Under the pieces are notes generated by a model. That model was not told the DNA's origin and did no database searches. It saw only the letters and a program-made list of their open reading frames with translations. From an uncultured Poribacteria bacterium (GTDB taxonomy: Bacteria; Poribacteria; WGA-4E; WGA-3G): a DNA stretch of 64,000 nt. Positions 30,591 to 39,536 of the stretch are shown one piece after another. Made by a program: the position numbers and the translations under genes. Each line of letters begins with the position of its first letter. Positions within the stretch are counted from its first letter, which is position 1. The stretch lies in assembly GCA_951813565.1 (NCBI GenBank), contig OX638351.1:4717506-4781505 (forward strand). The letters run 5' to 3'.

Positions 30591-31237
30591 ACACTGTGAA
30601 CTGAGAATAAACACCGAACCAGAGCGCAGCATCAATAGCCAAACTTTGCTCAGGTCGCTGCATCTGGCACAACTGCTTTTTGAATTGTAGTGGTGTTCGC
30701 TGTCGGTTTCTCATTTCCAGTCCCTTTGTAGAAATGCAAAATAAACTAACGATGGTAGAATTTTCTCGGTTTAAGATTATGCTTACAAAAATCCAACTTG
30801 AATAACAAACAATCCCAACTTTTTGGAATTCGTAAAATTTTTAGGGATTTATACAATCTCCAATCAATATTGGACACACATATTTAATTCTTGTCAAATT
30901 ATTTTTATGATTATGCACGTAAAAACGAAATTTTTTTCAAGCTTTTCTTCAGATTTATCAGGGTTATTTAGTTTTCGGATTTTCTGGCATTTTTTTATCA
31001 CGAACGTTAATATGTTATAGTAGTATTATAGGTCGAGTTTCGCTTGCGAAACCCGACCTACGAAATAAACTTTTTGTGATATTGATCAACTGACATTTCT
31101 TAAAACTAAATAGCCCTGCAGATTTATTTTAAATTAACACAAAATTAAGGAACACAAGAGCCATGTGAGCAAAATTACGCCACACGAAAACGAAAATACG
31201 GTATAATCTAACCATTAGATATAGGTTTTATTATAGA

Positions 31238-32608
31238 TTGAGGAAGATTATGAATATCATTCATATTATTTCAGATACATTTAGACGAGATAACTTAGAA
31301 ATTTTTGGTGGCAAGGGTTATAGTCCCGCACTGAACGCCTTCGCTGAAAAATGCGTTGTTTTTGACAAAGCTTACGTTTGTAGCTACCCAACCGTGCCAA
31401 TCCGTGGTGATTTGGTAACTGGCGAGGTAGGTATTTGCCGCCGCGGATGGGAACCGCTTCAACGCAATGTGCCTGTTATCGCAAACGATCTCACAAAAGC
31501 TGGTGTTGTCAGCATGATGATTGCGGATACGCCGCATCATCTCAATAACGGCTTCCTTTACAACCGAGGATTTACAGGATGGAAATGGATTCGTGGGCAG
31601 GAAAGCGATCTTTTGGAAACCCATCCTTATGACTTTGACACAGAAGAAGGACTGCGCTATCGTGAACACACACGGCCACATCCGAACAAGTTGCCAGCGG
31701 GACTCTTCAACCACCTTAAAAATAGCGACTCTCGCCAGAATGAAGGAGGGACCTTTGTTGCACAAACGGTGCAAACTGCCTGTGACTGGCTGGAACGCAA
31801 CTATCAACACGAAAATTTTTATTTAATGGTAGATACCTTTGACCCGCATGAACCGTGGGATGTGCCTGATTGGTATATTAAAAGGTTTGACCCAGATGAT
31901 TACGACGGGCCTGAACCCATCTATCCAACCTATGGCCCAAATAATATGGACGAACGCACAACGCAACGCCTCAATGCATTATACCGTGCCGAAGCGTGTC
32001 TTGTAGACAATTGGATTGGACATCTGCTGCGAAAAATTGACTATATGGGGTTGATGGAAAGGACGATGATCATTTTCATGGCAGACCACGGCTTTCTGTT
32101 GGGTGAACATGGTCTCATTGCGAAAAACCTCGGTATGTATGAGGAAATTGTGCATATACCGCTGCTTATTTATCATCCTGAGGTTAAACCTCGCCGGACA
32201 GACGCGCTTGCCAGTATTATTGACATTCCCGCGACTGTGATTGATGCTTTCGGTGCAGAACGCAGCAAACAGGTTGAAGGTAAAAGCCTGCTGCCAATCG
32301 TCATGGGAGAAACCGACACGGGTAGAGATTATGCGGTTACACACGGCGCATGGGGTGGCGGCTGGAGTCCTGATGGTGGAAGCCCACATGGAAGTGTTAC
32401 GGATGGCACATGGTCACTGCTCTTAGAAAATAAGGGTGCGCCGCAACATCTGTTTCACCTTCCCTCCGATCCAGAACAGATGAAGAATCGGTTTGAATCG
32501 GATACAGACGAAGCACGCCGACTCTATCAAGCGTTTTTGGAATTTTTGGGACAACACGGTGGTCCAGAAGCGATGGTTGAACAGTTTCAGAATAGATGGC
32601 CTATTTGA
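31238..32608 (+). CDS. sulfatase-like hydrolase (alkaline-phosphatase superfamily)
   Basis: 456 aa; N-terminal metal-binding region (IIHIISDTFRRDNL) and C-terminal MADHGFLLGEHGLIAKN, the GDHG..GEHG..K sulfatase signature. The Cys/Ser-x-P-x-R motif is atypical (CSYPTVPIRGD). Confidence 0.7.
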   Translation: MRKIMNIIHIISDTFRRDNLEIFGGKGYSPALNAFAEKCVVFDKAYVCSYPTVPIRGDLVTGEVGICRRGWEPLQRNVPVIANDLTKAGVVSMMIADTPHHLNNGFLYNRGFTGWKWIRGQESDLLETHPYDFDTEEGLRYREHTRPHPNKLPAGLFNHLKNSDSRQNEGGTFVAQTVQTACDWLERNYQHENFYLMVDTFDPHEPWDVPDWYIKRFDPDDYDGPEPIYPTYGPNNMDERTTQRLNALYRAEACLVDNWIGHLLRKIDYMGLMERTMIIFMADHGFLLGEHGLIAKNLGMYEEIVHIPLLIYHPEVKPRRTDALASIIDIPATVIDAFGAERSKQVEGKSLLPIVMGETDTGRDYAVTHGAWGGGWSPDGGSPHGSVTDGTWSLLLENKGAPQHLFHLPSDPEQMKNRFESDTDEARRLYQAFLEFLGQHGGPEAMVEQFQNRWPI

Positions 32609-32645
32609 ATTTTTGATTTGACTTGAGGTTATCTCATAAATCATT

Positions 32646-32722
32646 TGTAGGGCGAGGTCCCCGTGCCTCGCCATCTCCCATAAACGCAAACAGCGGGCGG
32701 GCACAGGGACCCGCCCCTACGC
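32646..32722. repeat. BIME-like pair of REP-type hairpins downstream of the sulfatase-like gene
   Basis: TGTAGGGCGAGGtccccgtgCCTCGCC ... GGGCGGGcacagggaCCCGCCCCTACG. May double as a transcription terminator. Confidence 0.8.
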
Positions 32723-32825
32723 TGAAGGGAATTCTTTGTCAGGTAACCGTGTTTAACGATTTATGAGATAGACTGTAATTTCTTTACGCAAAAACAGGAT
32801 TCTGATGTAGCGTAGATAGGACCTA

Positions 32826-33491
32826 ATGAATACACGGAATTTAGTTGCTGAATTTATCGGCACGTTTGCGCTGATTTTTATCGGCGCAGGATCGGTGGTT
32901 ATCAATCCAGGTAATTTAGTTGCAGTTGCTCTTGCATTTGGTTCGGTCGTTGTGGGATTTATTTATGCGTATGGACATATTTCAGGGACGCATATCAATC
33001 CAGCTGTGACTCTGGGACTCCTGATAGCTGGAGAAATCGAATTTACTGCAGCAATCGGTTACTGGATTGTTCAATTTGCAGGTGGTATTTTGGGTGCGTA
33101 TGTTCTCAAAGGTGTGCTGCCGATAAACGGTGATTTGGGGGTAACTATTTTAGCTACCAATGTGACACCGATAAATGGACTGATAGTTGAAATTGTCCTA
33201 ACATTCTTCCTCGTTAATACGATTTTCAATACTGCTGTAAGTGGAAAGGCAGGAAACTTTGCTGGACTCGCCATTGGGTTAACTTTAGTGTTTTGCATCC
33301 TGATGGGCGGTCCGTTAACACGTGCGTCCCTCAATCCTGCACGGACGTTGGGACCTGCTATCGCAGCTGGTGCTGAGCATGCCCAGTGGGGTAACATCTG
33401 GCTTTATTTTGTCGGACCGTTTATAGGCGCAGTACTCGCAGCACTTCTGTATATTGGTGTTTTGAAAGATAAAGGAACTGGAACTGAGTAG
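32826..33491 (+). CDS. aqpZ: aquaporin / MIP-family channel
   Basis: 221 aa; two NPA motifs (SGTHINPAVT, SLNPARTLG), six TM helices. Confidence 0.93.
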   Translation: MNTRNLVAEFIGTFALIFIGAGSVVINPGNLVAVALAFGSVVVGFIYAYGHISGTHINPAVTLGLLIAGEIEFTAAIGYWIVQFAGGILGAYVLKGVLPINGDLGVTILATNVTPINGLIVEIVLTFFLVNTIFNTAVSGKAGNFAGLAIGLTLVFCILMGGPLTRASLNPARTLGPAIAAGAEHAQWGNIWLYFVGPFIGAVLAALLYIGVLKDKGTGTE

Positions 33492-33640
33492 TTGGTAATT
33501 TATAGTAGATTTTACAATTAACTTTTATGTTATTCAGCGCGCTGACAAAGCACCAATCCAATGCTGAATGTGCGGACGACACGCGGAGCGTGCCTACTAC
33601 CATGTGTAAATATATTTTTATATTTCACTATAAATAAAAA

Positions 33641-33680
33641 CAGGCTGATGCTTTTAAGCATTAGCCTTACTTTTTTACCA
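33641..33680. terminator. bidirectional Rho-independent terminator between convergent aqpZ and hsp20
   Basis: Hairpin AGGCTGATGCTTTTAAGCATTAGCCT flanked by T-runs on both strands (TACTTTTTTACC on +, GTTTTTATTTA on -). Confidence 0.7.
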
Positions 33681-33718
33681 TTGCGAGGCACAGGGACCTC
33701 GCACTACAATATGGCGGA

Positions 33719-34414
33719 TTAAGCCTCAACGTTGATCGGAATTTCCGTTGGTTTTGCCTCTTCCGTTTTCGGAATCTCAATTGTTAAAACACCATCCTTG
33801 AATTCGGCTTTTATACCATCAGCTTTCGCATTTGGTGGAAGTGGGAGAACACGTTTAAAACTCCCATATCGCAGTTCCGACCGGCGTGGGTGTTGCGTTT
33901 CGTCTGTCTGCTTCCGCTCCTTTTTTCCTTTTACCTTTAATAGATTGTCAGTTACAGAAACAGTGACATCGTTTTGTGAAACGCCAGGGAGTTCAACTAA
34001 CACTTCATACCTATCTTCAGAAACAGAAAACTCAATGGGTGGCCGCCAATTGGATTTTCCTCTTTTCGTTTTTCCCTCACGATACGCGAACCTTCTGTCA
34101 AAAACGTGCCTCATCCGATTGTGATGTAGGAAAATATCTCGCATTGGATGATGTGGTCTGAAGTTTGCTTGTGCTGAACGGCGAAGATTTCTCCTCCCTC
34201 TCGGGGGTTGATGTCCCCAATTTCCGCGTGCTACGGGTGGTCGGTGTCGTCGTGGACTTCTTGCTTGTGATGGTTCTTGCCTTCCTTCTTCAGGATGTGG
34301 CGAATGGTGGCGGCGTTGTCTCCTTCCCCGTCTGGGGCCTCTTCCTTGTGCGGACTGATGTTGACGTGGTCCTTTAGAACCACCTCTGGGACCATGTTGC
34401 GGTCTATTTCTCAT
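33719..34414 (-). CDS. Hsp20/alpha-crystallin family small heat-shock protein with 90-aa Arg/Pro/Gln-rich N-terminal extension
   Basis: C-terminal 140 aa align with the two paralogs downstream (ELPGV...DGVLT...P motifs). The long form starts at 34414 with strong SD AAGGAG 8 nt upstream. The extension is GC-rich and low-complexity (RRGRRQRRHHSPHPEEGRQ...). An alternative short start at 34144 has no SD. Confidence 0.65.
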   Translation of the reverse strand: MRNRPQHGPRGGSKGPRQHQSAQGRGPRRGRRQRRHHSPHPEEGRQEPSQARSPRRHRPPVARGNWGHQPPRGRRNLRRSAQANFRPHHPMRDIFLHHNRMRHVFDRRFAYREGKTKRGKSNWRPPIEFSVSEDRYEVLVELPGVSQNDVTVSVTDNLLKVKGKKERKQTDETQHPRRSELRYGSFKRVLPLPPNAKADGIKAEFKDGVLTIEIPKTEEAKPTEIPINVEA

Positions 34415-34565
34415 TTCAATTCTCCTTTTTCTGATCTTGTATTCTAATTATTTTCTTTTTCACTGTATTTGACCACTACACTTATGAAATTGTTCGGTAT
34501 AAGCGATGCAAGGTTAACAGGGCAGGCACAATTAATTGTACCTGCCCTGCTGTTTTGGAATTATT

Positions 34566-35021
34566 TTAACTCTCTTGCGGAGCATCCACAGTTGATTCAG
34601 CAACGATCGGAATTTCTTTTGGCTTTACCTCTTCCGGTTTTGGGATGGACAACGTCAGGACACCATCTTTGAATTCTGCTTTGATGCTGTCAGCCTCAAC
34701 TTTTGGTGGAAGTGTAAATCTCCGTTCGAAGCTTCCATAACACCGTTCGACTCGCCGGTAGTCTTTAGAATCGTCAGTTTTTTCCTGTCGTTTTTCTCCT
34801 TTTATTGTTAAGAGATCGTCTTTGACAGAAATATGGACATCGTCCTTTGTTACGCCAGGTAGTTCAGTCCGAACTTCAAAACTATCATCCGTTTCGGAAA
34901 TATCAGCAGATGGTCTCCACTTATATTCTTGTGTCCCAGGTCTTTCAAAAAACGGCGTGAACAGAGAGTTATAGAATTTGAACGGGTTTACTGCTGGTCT
35001 GTGTAAGGTCAAATAGGTCAT
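34566..35021 (-). CDS. Hsp20/alpha-crystallin family small heat-shock protein
   Basis: 151 aa; FEVRTELPGVTKDDVHISV...FKDGVLTLSIPKPEE. Confidence 0.9.
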   Translation of the reverse strand: MTYLTLHRPAVNPFKFYNSLFTPFFERPGTQEYKWRPSADISETDDSFEVRTELPGVTKDDVHISVKDDLLTIKGEKRQEKTDDSKDYRRVERCYGSFERRFTLPPKVEADSIKAEFKDGVLTLSIPKPEEVKPKEIPIVAESTVDAPQES

Positions 35022-35089
35022 TTTTATTCTCCTTATAGTGTAAGGTTTATCGCCTGTGTTATATAGTAGGCATGCGTAATTATGTTGTG

Positions 35090-35542
35090 TTAAGCATTTG
35101 CAGTAATCGGAATTTCAGTTGGTTTTGCCGCTTCCACCTTCGGTATGGTGAGGGTCAAAACCCCGTCTTTGTATCCTGCCTTTATATCAGCAGTTTCAAC
35201 ATTTCTCGGAAGTGTAAAACTTCTTTGGAAACTTCCGTACCGTCTTTCCACTCGGTGATAGTTTTTGTTATCTGTCTCCTTTTCCTGCCGTTTTTCACCT
35301 TTGATTGTGAGCAGGTTATCGGTTACTGAGACGTTGACATCGCTTTCCGTAACCCCAGGAAGTTCGGCACGAATTTCAAAGCCGTTTTCCATTTCAGAGA
35401 TGTCTACTGTGGGCATCCAGGAAGTGGGATCACCGTTGGTTTCACTTTCCTGAGAAGCGAATAGATCTCCAAAGATTTTTCCCATTTCGTTGTGAAGGTT
35501 GAATAGATTTCCTACCGGTCTGCGTGTTGCTAAATGTCTCAT
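35090..35542 (-). CDS. Hsp20/alpha-crystallin family small heat-shock protein
   Basis: 150 aa; FEIRAELPGVTESDVNVSV...YKDGVLTLTIPKVEA; GGAGAAG SD. Confidence 0.9.
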   Translation of the reverse strand: MRHLATRRPVGNLFNLHNEMGKIFGDLFASQESETNGDPTSWMPTVDISEMENGFEIRAELPGVTESDVNVSVTDNLLTIKGEKRQEKETDNKNYHRVERRYGSFQRSFTLPRNVETADIKAGYKDGVLTLTIPKVEAAKPTEIPITANA

Positions 35543-35583
35543 TTTTCTTCTCCTTTTGATTTATGTTTTCTGTAAGTATAATG

Positions 35584-35600
35584 AGCAAGTTCTGTGCCAA
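35584..35600 (-). promoter_or_regulatory. candidate sigma-54 (RpoN) -24/-12 promoter for the hsp20 cluster
   Basis: Minus-strand sequence TTGGCACAGAACTTGCT matches TGGCAC-N5-TTGC with exact GG/GC spacing. Lies 41 nt upstream of the ATG at 35542. Confidence 0.6.
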
Positions 35601-36084
35601 TTTTTTTAACACAAATTAATAAATATTTACCAACTATATTAACCTAAGTTCCTACGGACAAGATTTCAATCAGCCATACACTATTTTTACTGAAAAACAA
35701 GGATTTTTCGCTGATTCTGGGCGTTATAAATCGGGGTTAGAAACCCCTCCCACAAGAGCATTCGCCAAATAGGTGGCAACTTGGGTTATAATAGATATAA
35801 GCAATTAATTGCCAAACAACAATTTATCCCATCTATAATGAGCGATTATGCCCAAATATAGCTGAACTACTTACGTAGTCCAGTAAAATTCACTATCAAA
35901 ATTCTCTGTAGGAATTGAGATAAGATTCTTATTTTTTTAGGACAACTATGGAGGTAGCTATATGGAAATCTATCTGCCATATTGACATATCCGTGCCATT
36001 TTGAAACGGTGTATATGCCAAAAAGGCGGAGTTATGATAGTAGTAGAGTTGTGGGTAGATTAGGGTAGGCAGAGAAGATAGGTT

Positions 36085-36732
36085 CTATTTATTCTGATCA
36101 GAAAGTTGCGCGCGTATCCCTGCAGTGACGGTATGCAACGCGATAGGATTATCATTCAAAAACGGGACAATTAGATCTGCGTATTTTTTACAAGGTTCTG
36201 TGTAAATTGGGAAATTAGGGAGTACATCCCGTCGGTACCAACTGATTGCGCTTTCAAGGTTTCCGCTGCGTGTGCCGACATCGCGGAGCATTCGCCGCAT
36301 CACACGTTCATGTGCATCAACATCCAAGAAAAGTTTGACATCTATTAACTCACGGAGTTGCTGATTCCAATAGATAAGATGTCCCTCCACAATTACAACA
36401 TCGCTTGATTCTATAATTTTCTTTTTATCACCGCGTTGTGCTGCACGTGTTCCGGGGGCAGGCGTTTCTATAGGCTTTCGCAAGCGGAGTTTTTCAACAT
36501 CTGCAATAAGCACATCCCAACACACTGCATCAGGATGATTCGCGGTTACCACTTTTTCGCGCTCTTCAGGCGAATATTCTGACCAATCCCGAAAATAGGA
36601 GTCTTGGTGTAACGTGACAGGCGAAAATTCAGCGAGTTGGTCTGCTAAAGCAGTGGCGAACGTTGTTTTTCCAGAAGCTGAACCACCCATAATGCCAACG
36701 GTAATTGGTCTAAACATATTATTTTTTGCCAT
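36085..36732 (-). CDS. uridine kinase / phosphoribulokinase-family nucleoside kinase
   Basis: 215 aa; P-loop GIMGGSASGKTT, DSYF, VVIVEGHL, and LFLDVDAHERVMRRMLRDVGTRSG (udk-like lid). Confidence 0.75.
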   Translation of the reverse strand: MAKNNMFRPITVGIMGGSASGKTTFATALADQLAEFSPVTLHQDSYFRDWSEYSPEEREKVVTANHPDAVCWDVLIADVEKLRLRKPIETPAPGTRAAQRGDKKKIIESSDVVIVEGHLIYWNQQLRELIDVKLFLDVDAHERVMRRMLRDVGTRSGNLESAISWYRRDVLPNFPIYTEPCKKYADLIVPFLNDNPIALHTVTAGIRAQLSDQNK

Positions 36733-36774
36733 TATTCCATGCTATCATTAAGATTTGTTTTCACCAGAAACAAA

Positions 36775-36851
36775 AATAGGATAACATAAATCAGGGTTAT
36801 TGTCAAACTTTGAATCATTTGACTTCAGCAGGCTTTTTATGTTATCCTATT
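36775..36851. promoter_or_regulatory. 16-bp perfect inverted repeat (AATAGGATAACATAAA ... TTTATGTTATCCTATT) in divergent promoter region
   Basis: Arms at 36775-36790 and 36836-36851, 45-bp spacer, between the udk-like (-) and AAA-like (+) genes. Confidence 0.7.
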
Positions 36852-36932
36852 AATTAAACGAAGGATTTGTAAGGTCAGCTGAACTGTAACATGGGACCAT
36901 ACCCGATATCGTAGTTATCTTGGAGAAAAAGT

Positions 36933-38783
36933 ATGTTTTGGGAAAAGATTGAATCGCAATTTAAAGTCGCCGCTGCACACCAATTTTTACTACACTTTAA
37001 TGTTAATGATTTACTACACGACGAACTCTATGGCTATTTACCGGCCTTGGACTACCTGATGGAACAACTAAACGCACTCGGGTGCCGTCTGGTTATGGGG
37101 TACAACGCAACACGAGGAATTATGTGGGCCAATGCAGGCAAATGGTTGGAAACGCAGAAAATTTTAGGGCTTATTCCTAAAGATCAAGGACTTCCAGAAT
37201 ACACAGAGGTGCGAAAAAGGATTAATACCCAACTCTCTTACCATAAGCTTCATGAAGACCCATTTCTTAAGATTGATCCATTACCTACAAAAGATCTGGC
37301 AAATAAGTTACATAATCTGCTGAATCAAGACAGAGCCAGAGTGGGCTTGATTATCAGTAATCTTGAACAGATCGCCCCAAACGATCCTATGTTTGACACA
37401 GGGGCAAAAGACAACCTACAATTCTTCTTCCATCAACTCCAAAATTGGGCATCAGACTTGGAAATTCGTAGAAAAAAACATATTATCTTACTTCTCACAC
37501 AAAATACTTACGATATTCATCCGCATTTTCTTGTGAATCAAGAAATACCTATTGTGGAGGTGCCGTTTCCAGATTATGATGAGCGTTTGAAGTTTATTGA
37601 ACATTTAAGCACAATCCCGCAAGAAATTTTACAAGATGATTCTCCAGATGCAAGAGTGCAAGTGCAATTAAAGCTTGGTAATGACCGCGAAAAGCAGACC
37701 TTAGCAAGAGACACAGCTGGCTTAAATCTATTTGCTATTCACGATTTGGTGCGGCACGCAGCCTCTTTAAAACAGAAAATAGAAGGGCCAATGCTTGCAA
37801 ACTATCGGTATGAGAGCGTCAAAACATTTAGCCATGGAATTATTGAAGTAAATCAACCACTTACAAATCCGCAACAGCATTGGTCAAACCATGTAACAAG
37901 GGTCATCCAAGATATTGTAGGTGGTTTAAAAGAACAGGATATGAGACGAGTGCCACGGGGAGTTCTTTTGCTTGGTCCCACCGGCAATGGAAACATCTAT
38001 GCAGCGCGTATGTTAGCTGGACAGACAAATATGGCATTTGTGCGACTTCGTTATGCGAGTCAGATAAGCGAAGTAACAATAAACATTAATGATAACGGTA
38101 ATAGTTATGATAGAAACTTGAATTCTGCTATCAACTTTATTCGCGGGCTTGCGCCTGTCGTTGTGTTTATGGACGAAATTGAGCAGGCTTCCCCGCATAC
38201 AAGCATGAATATAGGAAACTTAGAACGCACCTTTCCTGCTCTTCTTACGAATGCTATTAGCGATGCTTCCTTGCATGGGAAGGTGATATGGGTTGGCACC
38301 TCAAACCGTCCCGATTTGATACCGCCTATTTTCCGCCGTCCTGAGATATTTAGTCATAAATTAGTGCTTCTGCCACCTATGCGGGAGAGCCGAGGGGGTA
38401 TTTTGCAGTTTTTCTGCCGACTCCACACACAGGAAAAAATTAATTTCCAAGAAATTGCGAGAGATGAAAAACTACGTGGTGTAAGTGTCAACGATCTAAA
38501 TATAATTGCACAACGTAGCCACAACGTTGCAAAACGCAAGAATCGCAATACTTTCACAGAAGAAGATTTACGCGAGGTGATATCAGATTTTATGCCGGAC
38601 TATTCTCCGGAGATGCGATTGTTTATGGTGTTGTTGGCGTTACAGGAGGCGAATTCCCGCGCAATGATACCAGATAGATTGCCGCCGCCATATCAAGAGT
38701 TTGTGAATGAAGATCGGATTGACAAGACAAAGATAAACGCACGTTTGATGGAACTTGGTAAAGAACTGGGATTGACTGCTTGA
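36933..38783 (+). CDS. hypothetical protein with C-terminal AAA+ ATPase domain carrying a degenerate Walker A (no lysine)
   Basis: 616 aa. AAA core has GVLLLGPTGNGNIYAAR (canonical GPPGxGKT replaced; Lys becomes Asn), an intact Walker B (VVVFMDEIE), sensor-1/arginine-finger region GTSNRPDLIPPIFRRPEIFSHKLVLLPP, and C-terminal helical lid. The ~330-aa N-terminal region has no recognisable family. Confidence 0.55.
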   Translation: MFWEKIESQFKVAAAHQFLLHFNVNDLLHDELYGYLPALDYLMEQLNALGCRLVMGYNATRGIMWANAGKWLETQKILGLIPKDQGLPEYTEVRKRINTQLSYHKLHEDPFLKIDPLPTKDLANKLHNLLNQDRARVGLIISNLEQIAPNDPMFDTGAKDNLQFFFHQLQNWASDLEIRRKKHIILLLTQNTYDIHPHFLVNQEIPIVEVPFPDYDERLKFIEHLSTIPQEILQDDSPDARVQVQLKLGNDREKQTLARDTAGLNLFAIHDLVRHAASLKQKIEGPMLANYRYESVKTFSHGIIEVNQPLTNPQQHWSNHVTRVIQDIVGGLKEQDMRRVPRGVLLLGPTGNGNIYAARMLAGQTNMAFVRLRYASQISEVTININDNGNSYDRNLNSAINFIRGLAPVVVFMDEIEQASPHTSMNIGNLERTFPALLTNAISDASLHGKVIWVGTSNRPDLIPPIFRRPEIFSHKLVLLPPMRESRGGILQFFCRLHTQEKINFQEIARDEKLRGVSVNDLNIIAQRSHNVAKRKNRNTFTEEDLREVISDFMPDYSPEMRLFMVLLALQEANSRAMIPDRLPPPYQEFVNEDRIDKTKINARLMELGKELGLTA

Positions 38784-38826
38784 AATTTAAGTAGGGTTCT
38801 GGAGAATTTAGTTCTGTTATAAACAT

Positions 38827-38857
38827 AACGCTCCTGTTGTAAATCAACAGGAGCGTT
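38827..38857 (+). terminator. stem-loop terminator downstream of the AAA-like gene
   Basis: AACGCTCCTGTTGTAAATCAACAGGAGCGTT, a perfect 11-bp stem with weak T-tail. Confidence 0.5.
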
Positions 38858-38935
38858 ATTCCACTTGCTTGAATAGCCCTTATTTAGTCAGATGACTAAA
38901 TTTTGTATAAATCGTAAGGCATATTCCTCACAGTG

Positions 38936-39241
38936 TTATTCTTCTTCGTAGCGGTTTTGATAGCGCTGTCCACCGCCGCCACCACCACCGGAACGTCGTT
39001 CACGTGGACGGGCGGGATTGACTTTCAACGGGCGTCCCTGGATCTCTTGACCATCAAGAGCTTCAATTGCTCGTTCACCATCTTCTTGATTTTCCATTTC
39101 AACGAATCCATAACCTTTGGAGCGGCCATCATAACGGTCGCGTATAATTGTTACCGAACTAAGTGGTCCATGCGGTTCAAATAGTTCTTCCAAGTCAGTT
39201 TCTGTCGCTGCATAGGGCACATTGCCAACGTAGATGTTCAT
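38936..39241 (-). CDS. RRM-domain RNA-binding protein with Gly-rich tail
   Basis: 101 aa; RNP2 NIYVGNV and RNP1 KGYGFVEM; C-terminal GGGGGGGQRYQNRY. Confidence 0.9.
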   Translation of the reverse strand: MNIYVGNVPYAATETDLEELFEPHGPLSSVTIIRDRYDGRSKGYGFVEMENQEDGERAIEALDGQEIQGRPLKVNPARPRERRSGGGGGGGQRYQNRYEEE

Positions 39242-39536
39242 CTCGTTTCTCCTTTTGAAATTGAAATAAACGGGAATGTGAGAAAACTGAGTACTGTCAG
39301 CATGTTGTTCTATAGGCAGGCATTTGGCAGTGCTAAGATTGGCAAAAATGAACTCGGATTCTCATCAATCTTCTTCGGAAGCCGCTTCACAATCTAACTG
39401 AATGCTCCTGGTTCCAAACTGTAAAACTGTCAAAATACTACACATAATCTGGTTCGCAGACACCATCACATTTCCCAAACGTTAATATGATACTACAAAT
39501 TATTAAATTTGTCAAATTTGATTTTACTATTTCTAA

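Noticed and set aside
30400-30714. ORFs 30400-30714(-) and 50686-51066(-) overlapping the poly-G cassettes
   Set aside because: The translations include poly-Pro and poly-Gly runs derived from the homopolymer tract and are not conserved between the two copies at protein level. The nucleotide-level conservation indicates a non-coding element.
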